A stretch of DNA of 64,000 bases. It comes from Oikopleura dioica (lineage: Eukaryota > Animalia > Chordata). The stretch covers positions 13,640,001 to 13,704,000 of the forward strand of contig OU015567.1 in assembly GCA_907165135.1 (NCBI GenBank), in the 5' to 3' direction. A model generated the notes under the pieces. That model worked only from the letters and a program-made list of their open reading frames with translations, made no database searches and was not told the origin of the DNA. Made by a program: the position numbers and the translations under genes. The first letter of the stretch is position 1, and the number at the start of each line of letters is the position of its first letter. Below, piece by piece: positions 11,025 through 24,900 of this stretch.

Positions 11025-13870
11025 CTAGAGGCTTTTTCGGATTGTTTCCACTCGTTTTGAGGTCCATTTCTGAAGAGATAACTTGGACAAGAAACATTTG
11101 AATGGATTACCTTATGTGCAATAAATAAAAATGTACAAAGGGCGACAAGAAGAAAGAGTTGTGCTTCAAATGCGATTCTAGGGGCGAAGACTCCCCAGAC
11201 CATCAAATGTCGCCGATGGAGAAAGCCGGAAATGAAACAGCCAAAAAGACGTATGCAGTGGATTGAAAGGATGTTTCCGAAGCTTTTCGTTTCTTCGGAT
11301 TCAGGCAATCTAATTATGAGAAACGAGAAATATAATTACAGAAAGATACCTAGTGAGGTAGGCAAGGATGAAGAGATAGGATCCAATATAATTAAATAAA
11401 ACTAAAAAGCCGGGAATGACCAAAGTCGGCCAGCTGATGAGCCCGATGCCGGCCACATTGAACGGGACTCCACTGAAAGTCGTAGTGTTGCCAGTGGCAA
11501 AAAAGTAGAAGTTTGCAAGGAGCCAAAGGCGCGTCGTTTCGAGTGAAGAGTGAGGAGTTTGAAGAGATTTGTGGCGATGTTCGGAAATTATTAGGTCAGT
11601 GAAAAAGAAGGTCCCGGCGATGCTCAGTCCAGGGCCTGAAAAAGTGGTTTGTATTTGGGATAAGTCGAGGTGTTACCTAGAAGTACGGTCCACAAAACGA
11701 ATAAAGATAGCATCAGAATATAACGTTGGCGCTCTTGCGCATCCAAGAGTCCATGAATCTCAAATCTACCAGCATCCACTCTCATAGTGATTCCACTTTG
11801 ATTTGAAGACATTCTGGTTCCGGTCTTTCGGATTATGACCGGTACGTCGAAGAGAGACCAGACGAGCCCAAGAAGACTGGCGAAGAGAGCGAATCTGGAA
11901 CAGGAGACTTGTAGCCAGTCTAGATCGGCTTTCTTGACTCCATCAAATTTGGCTAGATAATCTGATGGAAGGGCAGGTAGCAGCCAGCTGATCCACAAAG
12001 TGAGAAAGATAGGAATAAGCGCTGATTTGAAATAACGCTCGATATACGAATGCCCAATTTTAGACCAATACTAAGAATAGTTGTAATCTCAGGTAGAAAT
12101 ATTCTTCATTACCTTGATGATCAAAAAGGCAATCGGCAATGCAGCGATCAAAATCGAGGTGCTAACGACAGAGACTGACGTTACTTTTCTTCCTTCTTCG
12201 TAGCACCAGAACTGTTCGGGTCTACACCGCCGAAATTCAAAGGCTAATCTAGCCAGAATAATTTGAACGGCGTAAAGAAATTTGTCTCTCCCCTCAAGTG
12301 TCTGGAAACTTCTAGCGCATTGAAGAATGGTGACTAATTGAACAAAGAATAGACAAATTTGGTCTTCCATGATAATGAATGAGTTCGATGTCGATAAGGC
12401 GGCTGAATAAACTCTTGATTGATAAAAAGATGGGCATTTCCTTTACCTAATAGAGATGCGAGGAGGAACTGATGAACTGATAAATTCGATCCATAGAAAC
12501 TGGTAAAGAAGATAACTGTACATAATAAACAAGAAAAGAGCAAGCCCGTCGACATGAAAAATAGGTTGAACTTCGTCCATTGCTCGCGTAACACCCTTCT
12601 CATTCGATCTAAGTAAGCTCGTAGACTTTCGGAGGACTTAAAATCGTCTTCAGTGATTCCAAAGAGGGAGAGAAAATTCGACTGAATGTTCGAGTACTCA
12701 TTGAGATACTGAAGGGTTTGGTGGTAGGCTTTCTGGAGGATTAGGTATTCTTGGAATTCTGAGCCAGCGTTGAATAGCTCGGTGATTGGCGTTCCAAGAG
12801 ATCCAAAGGGGATGGGTGCATCAAGAAGGAGAGTGATCGTCGATGTGAGATCGATTTGGTTTATTCGTGGCTCGGTTCTGGACGGAAGGAATCCACGCTT
12901 GGAAAAAGCAAAGAGAGCTGCATCAGTTTCATCTGAGGATTCTCCTCCATGATCGCCAGTGACAGTCATTCCATGATCACCAAAGGCTAGTAACAACGTC
13001 TCTTCGTCGATTTTTTCTGTCATATTGTAAATAAACTCGTCGATTTCCGTGAGTTTATGTTTAATATGATCAGTATATGGACCGAAAGTATGCCCGCAAT
13101 GATCGACACCAAGAAGATGGCCGATCAACAAATCCCAGTCGTTCTTTTTGAGTTCCTCTGGGACTTTTTCGTAGACTCCGAAATCGACTGTATCCAAATC
13201 AGAAACGTCCAGGGAGGGATAAAAATAGCTTCTGAGAAATTTCTCTGGATAGAGCATTTTCCAGGTATCATCGCCAACAAAAACTGTCTCTCTTTTCGCC
13301 GTTTTCAAGCTCGATATAAGATTGTCTTCCATGATTTCATCGGCGCCAAAGTTTGACCATGCTATTTATAACTTCAAAAAGTGAGTTTTCTAATTTACAA
13401 TATACTGTTTTGATTCAAAACTTTTGAAGCCTTGCCTTCAACAAAGGTAGGAAACGAGCCAGTGGTGATTGCCTTTATGCGCTGCATTGTGGTAGTGGGT
13501 GGATCGGCATAAATTTTAAATAGGCGGGAATTGTCGGAATGTTGGAGCAGAGAATGAAGTTTGGGCATTCGGTTTTTGAATGGCGGAAGGGATGTTTCAT
13601 CGACATCCTCGTCGAACACAGCAAAGTCATAGCGGAAGGCGTCGACTAGCAGCACCAGAATGCGGGAATAAGAGCGGGGGAGAGTACAGACATCGGGGGA
13701 ATTGGGCAGACACTGAAATTGTGATAAGAAAATCATTAACAAACTTTAGCTCGTTGGCGTACCTCTGAACGGTTGGAGAGCTCGACTCGACGAAGCAAGA
13801 ACCCAGACAAGAAAAGATAGGCAGCAACCAACTGAAGGGCGCAAATGGATGCAAGAAGCCGCAAATTCAT
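11025..13870 (-). CDS. PIGO: GPI ethanolamine phosphate transferase 3, multi-exon
   Basis: N-terminal FLSGFLLRRVELSN, LLVDAFRYDF, ADPPTTTMQRIKAITTGSFPTFVE, HLLGVDHCGH, GDHGMTVTGDHGG and C-terminal RRHLMVWGVFAPR. Confidence 0.95.
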
Positions 13871-13980
13871 TTCCTCAACAACATTCTAGAATTTTACCTT
13901 GAAACTATACCGTAATAAAGTAATGATAATGTCTGTTTTATTGACTGTTAAGTGCAAAATAAAATTCATGTTTGGAACTG

Positions 13981-15241
13981 TCAGACTTCTTCAGAATCTT
14001 CACTTTCCCAGTCATCATCATTTGCAATTTCTGCTTTCAAGCCTTCTTGACTTCGAATAAAATCAGATTCTATATTCGAGCACCATCTTCGTATCACTTT
14101 CGAATTGTCGTAAGAAATCAAAGACCGGTCAGCTTTCTTTACTTCGAAGCCGTTTATCCATTCGCAGTGAAACGATAGCCCCTGTTTGATCAAGTTTGTG
14201 GTCGTGTCGTAGACGTAAATGTCATGGTGATCCGCAATCAGAAGATTTTGAAAATCGACGAATTTGAAGTTGACATAATGATTCTCCCCATTTGTTAATC
14301 CTGAGGAGTTTGCTAGGAGAAAATATGAAACAGCAACAATAATTAATTCCATACCGCTAACGATTGTATTCTCATGATAGTATTCAGTGATGGGAACGAG
14401 CTCGTTTTGTGATAAAACATAAACGGATGGAACTGGCACTTTCTCCCTCATCCCCTCCTTGTCGATATACTTGGTGATTCCAGCGAACAAGCAAGATCTT
14501 TGAGGCCCCCACTGAAGCTTCGAAATCCCCCCTTCTCCCGATTTCTGACTATTCCACGTGACAAGAGGTCGTTGGTCAAATCGAGTATCGTACGTGTGAA
14601 CAGAAACTGAATCAGAATACTCTCCCTCGCAGCCGACTGCGATTTGCCTCTTTGTAGCCCAGGCAAGGCATTTTGCGTTCTTCATTGCAGGATCAGCGAT
14701 TTCTTTCCGATCGCTTCCGATTCTCAAATCGTAAAGACGGACTTTTCCCTTTTTCGTCACCAGCGCAATTAATTTTCCATCGGGTCTGAAAGCGCTAGCA
14801 AGGTATCTTCTTTCTTTGCTTGCTCCAACGACTAAATTTGCAGTATCCCACACTCGCAATTTATCATTAGTCAGGGTCAAAAAGAGCGACTGGTCTTCAG
14901 GAAACCATTCTATTTCGTTAATGCATGGCATGTTTTTTATTCTCTTCGAAGCAATCGGTTTCGCTCCCTGATAACTCAGAAGATTCGTGTCAACTATGTC
15001 GATCTCTCCTTCATCAGAACCTAGAAGACATTTTTAATAAGTTAGAACTAAAGCAAGAAAACTCACCAAAGAGCATCAGCTTTTCCTCCATATCCAAACT
15101 TGAGCAAGTTGGTCGGCCAGATCTTTGGGGAAAGTCTTGGAAAGACTGATGGTCGAGCCGATACAATCCATCTGTGACAATTTTCTTCGGTCTTACTTTT
15201 CGACCTCTTACTTGTTCGAAAACTGACTGTCGCCTTTTCAT
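13981..15241 (-). CDS. ERCC8: Divergent WD40 protein most similar to CSA/ERCC8
   Basis: INEIEWFPEDQSLFLTLTNDKLRVWDTANL resembles CSA VQWYPHDTGMF...LKVWDTNTL, and KVRLYDLRIGS resembles KVQLCDLKSGS. Confidence 0.65.
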
Positions 15242-15371
15242 ATTCTGAACATTTTGATTTTACTAAAATAAGGGGGATAGTCGAATAAAGTTGAATAAAT
15301 TGAAATAATGCGCAAGTGTCCTTGGAAATGGGTTTGGAGGGCAGTCGAGAATACTTCTGAAGCTTGATGGG

Positions 15372-16593
15372 CTACTCTTCCAACGTCGGCAGCCAGAAAC
15401 AGTTTTGGTGACATGCGGTGGAGAGCATCATGTAACGGGGGTTGAATGCGATGGCAGTGATTGCTTGAGGATGACGACCGTCCATTTTCGAAAGCTAAAA
15501 ATCATGAGAAAGAGGAGGGAGAAAATTAAAAAGCATACTGTATGTCCCTTATTGTCGAAAAGGGTCACAGTGCCCATATCATCCCCCGCGACGATCATGG
15601 AGCCATCAGGAGTGTAGCACGCTCTCGTCATCGTTCCATTCGGACACCTCGCTTCTCCGATCAAGTCTCCTTTATATGCATCCACAATTTTCAGCGTCTC
15701 TCCACTAGTTGTTATGAGAATCTAAAAAAAACACAGCTGAAAACAATGAAGAAGGGGGGAAACAATACTTGAGTGCCGTCAGCAGAAAATTCCAAATTCG
15801 TCCAAACAGCGTCTGATGATTTTGGAATGTGCCAAGAACAGAAGGGGCCTTTATCGAAGGTACGAATGTCGAACAATTTGATTGTCGAGTTATCGATGCC
15901 AGCCGCTTTAGTTACAGGGTATAACAGGCTTTTTAAGGGTGTCTCTTACCGAAAATGAGGCCGGCCGGGTCGAATGCTCCGATGGGAGTGCCATTTGTTT
16001 TCATAAGTCCTTGACAGAGGGGAGAACGCAGATCCCACAGGCGTATTGTTCTATCGCGACTTCCAGATAAAAACATTTCTGAATAGAATAATTTTTAATG
16101 ATAAAAATTACTAGCGAAAAAGTACCTTCTTGGCCAGGGCACATTTCCAAGCAAACAACGCGGTCTTTATGCCCCGAAAAATATTTAATGTATTTAATTT
16201 GCTCTAATTCTTGATGCCGAATATCATCGTTGACTTTGTTCGAACTAGAATCAACATTAAATAAACCAAAGATCGGGTCGATCTAAAACCTATAGATGCA
16301 CTGATGTCTTCTTTTAGTAAATTTGACATTTTCGACGCCATATTTCTTCGAGTAGACTTTTCTGTCGACTGTTCCTTCGCGCACCTTGTAGATTGTGATT
16401 GAATCGTCATCTGAGGCAGCGAGACAGCAATCTCCATCTTGCGAGAACGTCAGCGAGTTAATCTAAATCGTTCTCATTGACGGAATATCCCACGAGCATC
16501 CTCTTCAATCTCAACTGCTCATACCTTCGCTGCGTTCTCTGTGAATGTCTTTGCCATTGCGAAGCTTTTCACGCTCTCAGAAACTAACTTCAT
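15372..16593 (-). CDS. WDR82: WD repeat protein 82 (Swd2), multi-exon
   Basis: Starts [20 protein letters not shown], contains [14 protein letters not shown], and ends [24 protein letters not shown]...FWLPTLEE*. Confidence 0.95.
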
Positions 16594-16714
16594 TCCGAAT
16601 CACTGAATCTATCGGAAGTATATAATTATCAAAATTATTGAAATAAACGCCTACAGATTCTTTATTTTGGAAGTGATAGACTTTTTATATTGAAGACGAT
16701 TTTATTATTAATAT

Positions 16715-17733
16715 TCAATTAGTTTCATCTTTATTCATTTTCAAAGCAATATTTGAAACGGGATCATTTGATTTGGAACAGTCAGAAGAAGGTTTGATTG
16801 AAGAGCTAGAACTTTGCAACTTGACGGGGAAGCTGCCGTTTTTGAGCATATTTTCGGAGATGTTCGACGGCAGGTAGCACATGATTTTTCTTTTCGTTTC
16901 TGTTTCGGGTTTCAAGCTTGAATCGACCGGTTTATTTAGCGGCGGTTTTCTGCGCTTGCTCCCTGCTCGCTTGGAATTGGCAGAAGGGGAGTCAGATCTT
17001 TTCTAAATACAGGTTTTTATCTATCCTTCATCATCATAGATCTTACTTGTGCACTTTTCTCCTCAGCATCTAAATTCGCCGTCAATCCTACGAGGAACTC
17101 GAGTTTTTGGCTTGCCGTATCGGAGCAATTCTCATCATCGATTTTCGCAAGTAGCACTTCCAACAAAGCCGCACTCAGATTAACATTATCCCCGACATTG
17201 CTAGCAAGCTGCTGGCAAGCCCCTTCTTCTTCAATACCAAGAGTTGGTTCTTCAGTTTCTTTGTTGGTACTTTCTTCCCAAAAGATGCTGCATTGCACGC
17301 CTGCTTTATTAATGAGGAAATTCCATTTAGGTGGCTGGCTTTGCTCCGTATCGATTTTATCAAAATGAGACTGAACATCGGCGTTATTACAGCTCAAGTT
17401 AAAACTCGAAAATTCATCATTTCGATTGAAATTCTATCAGTGTTTGATTAACTCATTTATTCTAACACATAATTTCTCATGAAATAAAATTATAAATAAA
17501 AAACTTACCCAAAAAGCCATCGGAAGTCTCTGAGCCAGTTCTAGCATTCTCATCAAATCAATTTGACTTTCCGCCATGCTTTCTTTCTTCAACAAGGTCC
17601 TGCTTATCTCTTCTGTTCCAAGGAAGAAAACGGACAGTAGGTTTTGTAAAACAGGCCGGCAGGAGAACAATTTTCCGTTGGAGGGCGCTCGCGGAGGCGA
17701 CCCTCTTTCTCTCTCTCTCTTCCCCAAAGGCAT
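16715..17733 (-). CDS. Uncharacterised multi-exon protein (start at 17733 or 17577)
   Basis: Three minus-strand ORF segments separated by GT-AG intron-like AT-rich gaps; co-oriented just upstream of WDR82. No family recognised. Confidence 0.6.
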
Positions 17734-18187
17734 GTCATTCCTTGCCAGTGGATTAGATTGACGTCCAATCGCCCCTCATGGGAACTTGCCGCAGGCGTTC
17801 ACATTATTTTTGCTCTAAAAAGAAAAATTATTTCAAAACGGTTATCACCTAAAATAAGAGTTTCTTACATTCAGGTACAGTTGGCTAAGATGTCATTGAC
17901 TAAAATAATTTTAGTCACTAAAATCTGTAGGGTAATTAATTTTTCTTCCCTATTTTGTATTTCATGTTTCTCTCACTAAACCCGCCAGATATATTCCCGG
18001 TTTTATCAAAAGTTATGTTTTCACAAATTTTTGAGAGGGGCAAATTTGAAAGCTCGATTTGTCGCTGCTGGTCAATAAATTTCGCATCGTCGCTTATTGG
18101 CGGAGCGAGGGAGGATTTCTTTCAATCTTTGAAGAACAAGAGAAACCAGCCTCGATGCTCCCCTTGAAGAAATAGGAGAAAGGAAAA

Positions 18188-21100
18188 TGGGGATTTTCGT
18201 CAAGTTCCAGCCATGTGAGGAATGCGTTTGTCATTTATATTTATTGATATGAGTACTAAAAAATTTATTTACATTCTTTGATAAACGGATAAACAGAAAA
18301 ACTACGCTGTAATCTTCAAGTACAGCCCACAAATCATCTCAGAAATCAAGAAATTCGGAGCAAAATGGGACGGAACTCACAAAGTCTGGATGATAAGCAA
18401 AGTTATGTGTGGCCGACTTGTCAACTGGCTTCGGCAGAACAATCATAGATTTGAATTCGATCAAAACGAAAAGGTCCTGACCGACAAGACCAACACTGCT
18501 GGAACATCCAAAGCTGCCGGTGACAAAGAAAATCCTGACCAAATTGTCGTTCAAATCATCTTTGTGAAGGGAGAAGAAGGGAGATTCGCTGTTACCTCGG
18601 AAAAGTGGCTCGATAGAGATGCGTACAAATTGTTGATCAACGAAATTTTCAATAAAGTTCGACTCCCGAACGGGCAGCCAGCCGGCTCATATTCAGAAAG
18701 ATGGAGATTCTGGACCTTTCCGTTAGAGGTTTACCACGATTTCATGAATACTTACAAATCAGCGAACATCGCGAAATTGACTGTGAATCCTTTTCCTCCC
18801 CAAGTCACTCGATACCTCCGTCCGAAAACGACAGAAGAAGCCCCTATTACTCCAAATGTTCCAGAAATGCTACTGAAAGCACTTTACCCATTCCAGCGAG
18901 AAGGACTCGAAGAAATAATTCGAAGAAAGGGAAAAGCCATTCTTGCTGATGAAATGGGCCTTGGAAAGACAATTCAAGCTCTGGCAGCAGCGGCTCATTA
19001 TCGAAAAGACTGGCCACTGTTGATCGTTTCCCCAAGCTCAGTTAAGTTCAACTGGCTCGTCGAAATGAACCACTGGATTGGCGAAATCGTCAACAAGGAC
19101 AACATTCAGGTTCTTTACACAGGCAAAGATGTAGAGAAGATTCGCAACAACTTGAAAGTAGTTATTACGAGTTACGAAATGACAACTAAGATCGTCGATA
19201 AAAACAAACACATGACCGACGTTTCAATCTTTTCAGAAGATCAAGTTAGAAGACCCCGGTTCGGGATGGTCATTTTGGACGAAAGTCACTACATCAAATC
19301 GGCAACGGCCAAACGAGCTCAATCCACTAAATGTAAGAGTTCAGTAAATAAAAGTGGTTTTTTAATCTTTTCCAGTACTTTGCAACGGAGCAGCTCGAGT
19401 TCTGTGCCTTTCTGGAACCCCAGCGCTTGCGAAACCGATCGAGCTTCATTCCCAAATCGAAGTTGTCAAAAAAGACCTCTTTCCCAATCGTCACTCATTT
19501 GGCGTGCGATACTGCGCTGCTATCAAAACTAGATATGGATGGAACTATTCTGGCTCCGACAATCTCCCGGAGCTCTCGTTGATTCTTTCAAAGACGATCA
19601 TGATCCGTCGATTGAAAAGCCAAGTGCTCAAAGATCTCCCGCCGAAATTGAGAAAGGTCATTTACATGAAAGTTCCAGAGTCGCGGGAGATGCAAAAGTG
19701 TTACAAAATCTTCGAAGGAATTCAAAAGATTCCCTCGGGCATCACCAAGGCAGATTTCAAACCTGGCGAGTTCGAAAAATTGTCCGACAAGTTCAAAGAA
19801 GCTGATGATTCTCCACTGACGATTTGGAATAAATGGTATTCTGCCACTGGAGACGCGAAGATCAAGTCAATCAGCGGTAAGTTCTTCCTTTTATTTCTCG
19901 ATAAAACAAGTTTCGTAGAATATCTGATTGAAAAGCTCGAAAATGAAAACGAAAAAATCCTCGTCTTTGCTCATCATCGCTCTGTAATCGACAGTTTAGA
20001 GCAGAATCTCTCCCCAAAGATAAAAGGAAATCTCATCAAAATCACTGGCTCGACTAGATCTGACGATAGAACGATGTTTGTTGAAAAATTCCAAAACGAT
20101 GAAAATGTAAAATGTGCCCTCCTGTCAATCACCGCTGTAAATATGGGTAAATCTTCAAGATGAAGTCGATTTGGTAAAAATTTTCTTGCAGGCGTGACTC
20201 TCACAAAAGCCTCGACAGTGGTCTTCGCCGAGCTTCATTACACACCTGGTGTGATGGTCCAGGCAGAGGATCGAGCGCACAGAATCGGGCGCGAGTCAGA
20301 TGTCAATATCGAATATTTGATTGCCAAGAACACGGCCGACGAGTGGATCTGGAGGAATGGGTGTTCATTTTGTTTTTTGAGAATTCTCTAGAATATCTCT
20401 AGAATAGGGCCAAATGTTTGCTGTCGTCAGTTCAGTTGTTCAGTAGTAGACTTCCGTCATGCGAGAACGAAGGAACCGCAGGTCGCGCCGGACTTCAGGT
20501 AAGATTAACCGACTTCCTTCTCAAAATTCTAGCAATTGTTTAGGCCGCGACAATCACTCGCGAAATCGACGTGAATCAAAAACATATTACACCGAAGCGT
20601 CCACAGATGAGACAGAGTACAGTTCAACAGAATATGACACAGAATACACTACTTACGAGTCATCCAGAGAAGTTCGCAGATCAAGCTCACGCCAGTCATT
20701 ACAAAGAACCCCTTCAAGCGCCCATCGAAACCGAAGAAGGTAGGAGCACAAGAAAAAATTGTATCTATCACCATTCAGGAGCGGTTATGGATCGGATAGA
20801 CCAACGCCAAAAGCGCGGAGAAGGCTGAGTTACTCCGACAAGCGTCGTCCTTATCCATCAGGAAATATTGACTATCAAGAATTTGACGAAAACGAGCCTT
20901 GTGTAAAGCGACCGATTTTGACAGAGAAAACACGAATGATTATTCGAAGAGTAGCTCTCGGTAAGCTAATCTTCATCATTTAACCTCCCTAACTCTCGCC
21001 CATCTTCAGCCGTTCTTACAGCTACAGTCGCCGTCTGCATCGTTTGCCTTCTATCTCAATGGAAACGCGCTTATGACAAGCGTCGGAACGCGACTTGGAT

Positions 21101-21773
21101 CGAAAAATCCGAATTCTGGACGGACTACTTCTACAATCAATTCTCTTGCTCTGGTATTGGTATCGCGTCTGTCATTGTTGCATTGATCTTTGTGTGAATA
21201 CTCATTAATAAACTATTTATTTTATTTTTAATAAAAAGTGACTTTTTTTCTTTAAAAAATTGGAAATGAACACCCTTGAAAGTTTGATCCAAAAGAAGTT
21301 AGAAACGCTCAAAGGAGCCGGCTTAGGAAACTCAGCGGTGGAGGAGAAGCATGAGAACCTCAAGCAGGAGGACGAAAATGATGAAGAAAATGACGGATTT
21401 GATGATGACGATGAATTCGATGATATTGTCGCAGAGCTTGATAATGAAGCTAGCTCTGTTCCAGCGCCGGCTCCATCGAACAAGGAATGATTTCAAATTT
21501 GCTTTATTGCGAGAATATAGCGCATCTGATCAGTTTTGAATCCTCTAAAAGCGAAAAAGTGACTCTTCGAACATTCCCGATGCAAAGAAAAAGCTAAGAC
21601 AAAACGAAGCCATTCCAAGTTCAGACACTTGTCAAAATAGTTCAACCGCAGACCAAGAAGTTACAGAGTCCCTGAGCCAGTGTCGAGTTGAAGAAAATTC
21701 CGATAACGAGTTTGAGATAACCGAACCGAAAGATGATACTTTCGATGAAGATCTGCCATCGGATTTTGAATAA
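18188..21773 (+). CDS. SMARCAL1: SMARCAL1/HARP annealing helicase; last two exons lie beyond a 928-nt GA-AG intron
   Basis: Two HARP-like repeats, LYPFQREG...[41 protein letters not shown]. Joining 20354 to 21283 gives [21 protein letters not shown], matching the family motif (human [21 protein letters not shown], from memory). An acidic tail follows intron 21485-21551. Confidence 0.93.
20355..21282 (+). other. Non-canonical GA-AG intron of SMARCAL1 (928 nt) hosting a nested gene
   Basis: Boundaries TGGAG|GAATGG...CCCTTGAAAG|TTTGATC. This junction restores the conserved helicase C-terminal helix in frame. Confidence 0.85.
20459..21197 (+). CDS. Nested 4-exon gene: Arg/Ser/Thr/Tyr-rich N-terminus and two C-terminal hydrophobic segments (about 200 aa)
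   Basis: Three GT-AG introns (20499-20543, 20740-20778, 20961-21009) preserve one reading frame from ATG 20459 to TGA 21195-21197; AATAAA at 21207. Confidence 0.8.
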
Positions 21774-21900
21774 TTTTTCATGGTTGCTAAACCGATTTTT
21801 TCCTGCCACATTACTGATAACAAACTTCACATTTTGATAATTGAAAAGTATTTAATAAAACATCAATTGATATCGATATTTTTCAGATGATAGTTTGTAA

Positions 21901-24900
21901 ATGGAAGATTTCAGTATACATTCAGTCGTAAAGAATTATAATCATGAAGAAATTTGTAGCAATATCACGCCTCTCTTGTCGCCCGCTAGAATTTCAGTAA
22001 TTGGGTACAATCCGCAGCTGAAATGCGCACTCTTATGCTCCAAATATCACTATCATGTGTTGAACCTTGCGAAGAGTGTTGGAGGAAACGAAGCCTACAA
22101 GTTTTCTGATAGGTACCACTAATTTTTACCTTCCTTTGACTCCGACTTGGGGCCTTATTTCTAAGCAATCTAAGTGTTGCTTCAGTGATGTTTGCCGTCG
22201 CGAAAGAACGACGAATTTCGAGCACAAGTTCGACCCTTCCGTTGTCAAATTCAGTAATGAAAAATACTCTGGTCTTTTTGCCACGCTGTGCAAAACTGAA
22301 ATGATTGAAGTCAATCAACTAGTGCCGACATTGAACGAGGAAACTCTGACTCAAAGTTATTCTGTTAGAAGGCTTCTGGCAGAAAATAATCGGCCGATTT
22401 CCCACTCGAGATATGTTAATGACATCGCTTGGTCCAATAAGGGGAATAAGTTGGCTTCAGTTTGCAAGGATTCAAATTTAAAAGTCTGGAGCGTTACTGA
22501 AGACTCGATCAAGCTAGTGAATCGATTCAATACTGTCAGTCAAGCTTCTTTTGTTAGATGGGATACAAAAGTAGGTACTTATGAAAGAAAGATATTTAAA
22601 ATTCTGTCTCTAGGAAAACAACAGACTCGCGACAACAATCGATCGTCAGCTTAAATTTTGGGATCTTCGACAACTGCGCCAAGCATGCGAGTGGTTTTAC
22701 ATGGATGATCAGCGAGCCAACAACATCGCCAAATCCATCGATATTAACGAAAACTATGTTCTATCTTTGATGACCCAAGGAGGCGCGGCGAACAAGCCCG
22801 TTCTCTGTGTCCATGATCGTAGACGCCCGTTGGAAGGTGACACGAGTAAGCGAACGAAAAAGATGAAGCTTTTCTCGACTACTGTTCCTGGCGCGCGGGA
22901 GGCAAGATTCTCTGCCGATGGAAAACATGTGTTGGTTTTGGTCGACGATGGTCGAGATTCCGAAACGACCTTTGCTCACGTGCCAATGGGTCGATCATCG
23001 GCAAACAGTCAATACAGAAGCAGCTCGATAAAAATATTCAGCATCGATGGCCCGCAGCAATCAGCAAATCATAATATTCCGAAACAACCGATTTCTTCCA
23101 TCTCCTCGCAAAGTATGATCATCAATTGGCAACAGATTGTGAATGGAGGTGATGATGGAGATTCTCGCATTATCGGATTCACCAAAGAACTCGATGCTGT
23201 TGATAGAGTCCACCAAATAAACTTCCATCGGTGGAAATACAAACTGACAGATGACGACGACGAAGATATGTTCAAAGATTTTCAAGCCACTTCTGATCTT
23301 GGCAATGAAACGCTTCACGAAAACTCTGAGAATCCTGACAAATCTACAGTTCTTGACGCGTTGCTGAGAGATCTGGAAGGAGAAGTGACATTGATAAGGA
23401 AAAACAATCAGTATGGAATTCAAATCTCCAAAGAAATTGGAGAGGGTGCTGTTGTTGTTAAATTCACAACGAACACGCACGTCAAAGTTTCCCTTCTTGT
23501 GCCAGAAGGTTATCCAAAAAGTGCGATGCCTTCTTTACTTTCTGCAGCGGTCCCCGCTTACACCGCTGATGAGCAAATTGAATTCAAAAAGGATCTCGAG
23601 CAGACGATCAGGATGAAAACTGGGAAATTTGTTTTGGAATCGATTTATATAAAACTATCGGAAGTGGTCCGATCGCTGAGGAACTCAAACTCGGAATCTG
23701 TTGTCTCTGTCAGAAGCGAAGCTCTGAAAGTACCAACAGCGTCTGTGCCTGTTCGACCTGGTCCAGGCCCGACTTTTTCAAAGCATGAAATGAAGAATGC
23801 TCCTTTCCCTGCTCGGTGTGGGACATGCTGGTGTTCAGATAAACTCGTAGTCTGGGCGAATAAGAAAGTTTCTTTTCCGTCCGAATTACCGATCATTCCA
23901 AGCCAGAGTTTCAACATAAAAAGGCATTCAGTCACAGCTGAACACGGCAGAGCCGCGCAAATGCAGGGATTTACGTATCAGTACTTCTTCAATCTCGCCC
24001 AACCGAAGCTTGGAGAATCTACTGATCATTCCCCGAGATCAAGAGTGCCGTATTTGAGAAACATCGGTCTCACACGACAAGGATCAATCGACGGAAGACA
24101 AGTTCAGAATCTTCAAAAATATCCTCCTCTTCGAGTTGAGCTCCACTCAATTGCCCCTCTCACGAATCTGTCCCGTGTTCTTGCGGAGAGATACTCGATT
24201 CCAACAATTTCTGAGAACATGGCGATTATTCAGCCGTCTGAAATCTACAGACTAGATGATGTGTTTCGAATAGAATTGGTCAAGCGCAATTTAGCCGTGG
24301 CTAAGGCCCATATCAAGAGCATCAGCGATGAGTCTTTTGGCTACAGCGTTATTGTCTGGTCGACACTGCGCACCATTCTCCAGTATTGGCAGAATTTCAT
24401 TGAGAAATCAGCTGCTTTGCAGGAAGAAAACTTGTTCAACTTCAAATTTCACTGGCTGCCAAATGCGAGAATGATTATTGAAAAAATAATTCTAACCGGC
24501 GACAAGAAAATTGAAACACAAACCTTGGCAATCCTTGCTTCTTATTTATCTTCCGTCCCGTATTTCGAAGATAACTGGACTCAAGAAATAAATCAAAAGT
24601 CGCTCATTTCGCTATTGAAGCTCTCTCCACCAACTGTGCAAATATTGCACACGCATGTCCAGCAGTACTCAAGAATTCTCGACAGCTGGAAGATGTTTTT
24701 CGAAAGAACAAAGCTTGTTAAGTCTATGTTTGCAGAAACCATGATCCAAAGCCATTTAACCGACAAAGTAAATTGAAATCCCAATGACTTTCTGATAATT
24801 AAAATGAATTTAGTCACGTTTGTCTCCCGCATCTAAAGAAATGAAGTCTTCCCGAAGCTTCCACGACCGAGAACGACAAAATAAAAAGATCACCAAGTAA

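Noticed and set aside
20355-20391. SMARCAL1 truncated or pseudogenised at ...[15 protein letters not shown]
   Set aside because: This is read-through into a GA-AG intron; an intact frame is recovered downstream.
21260-21773. Separate small acidic gene starting at the ORF 21260-21490
   Set aside because: Its first residues ([14 protein letters not shown]) are the missing SMARCAL1 C-terminal helix, so it was reassigned as SMARCAL1 terminal exons.
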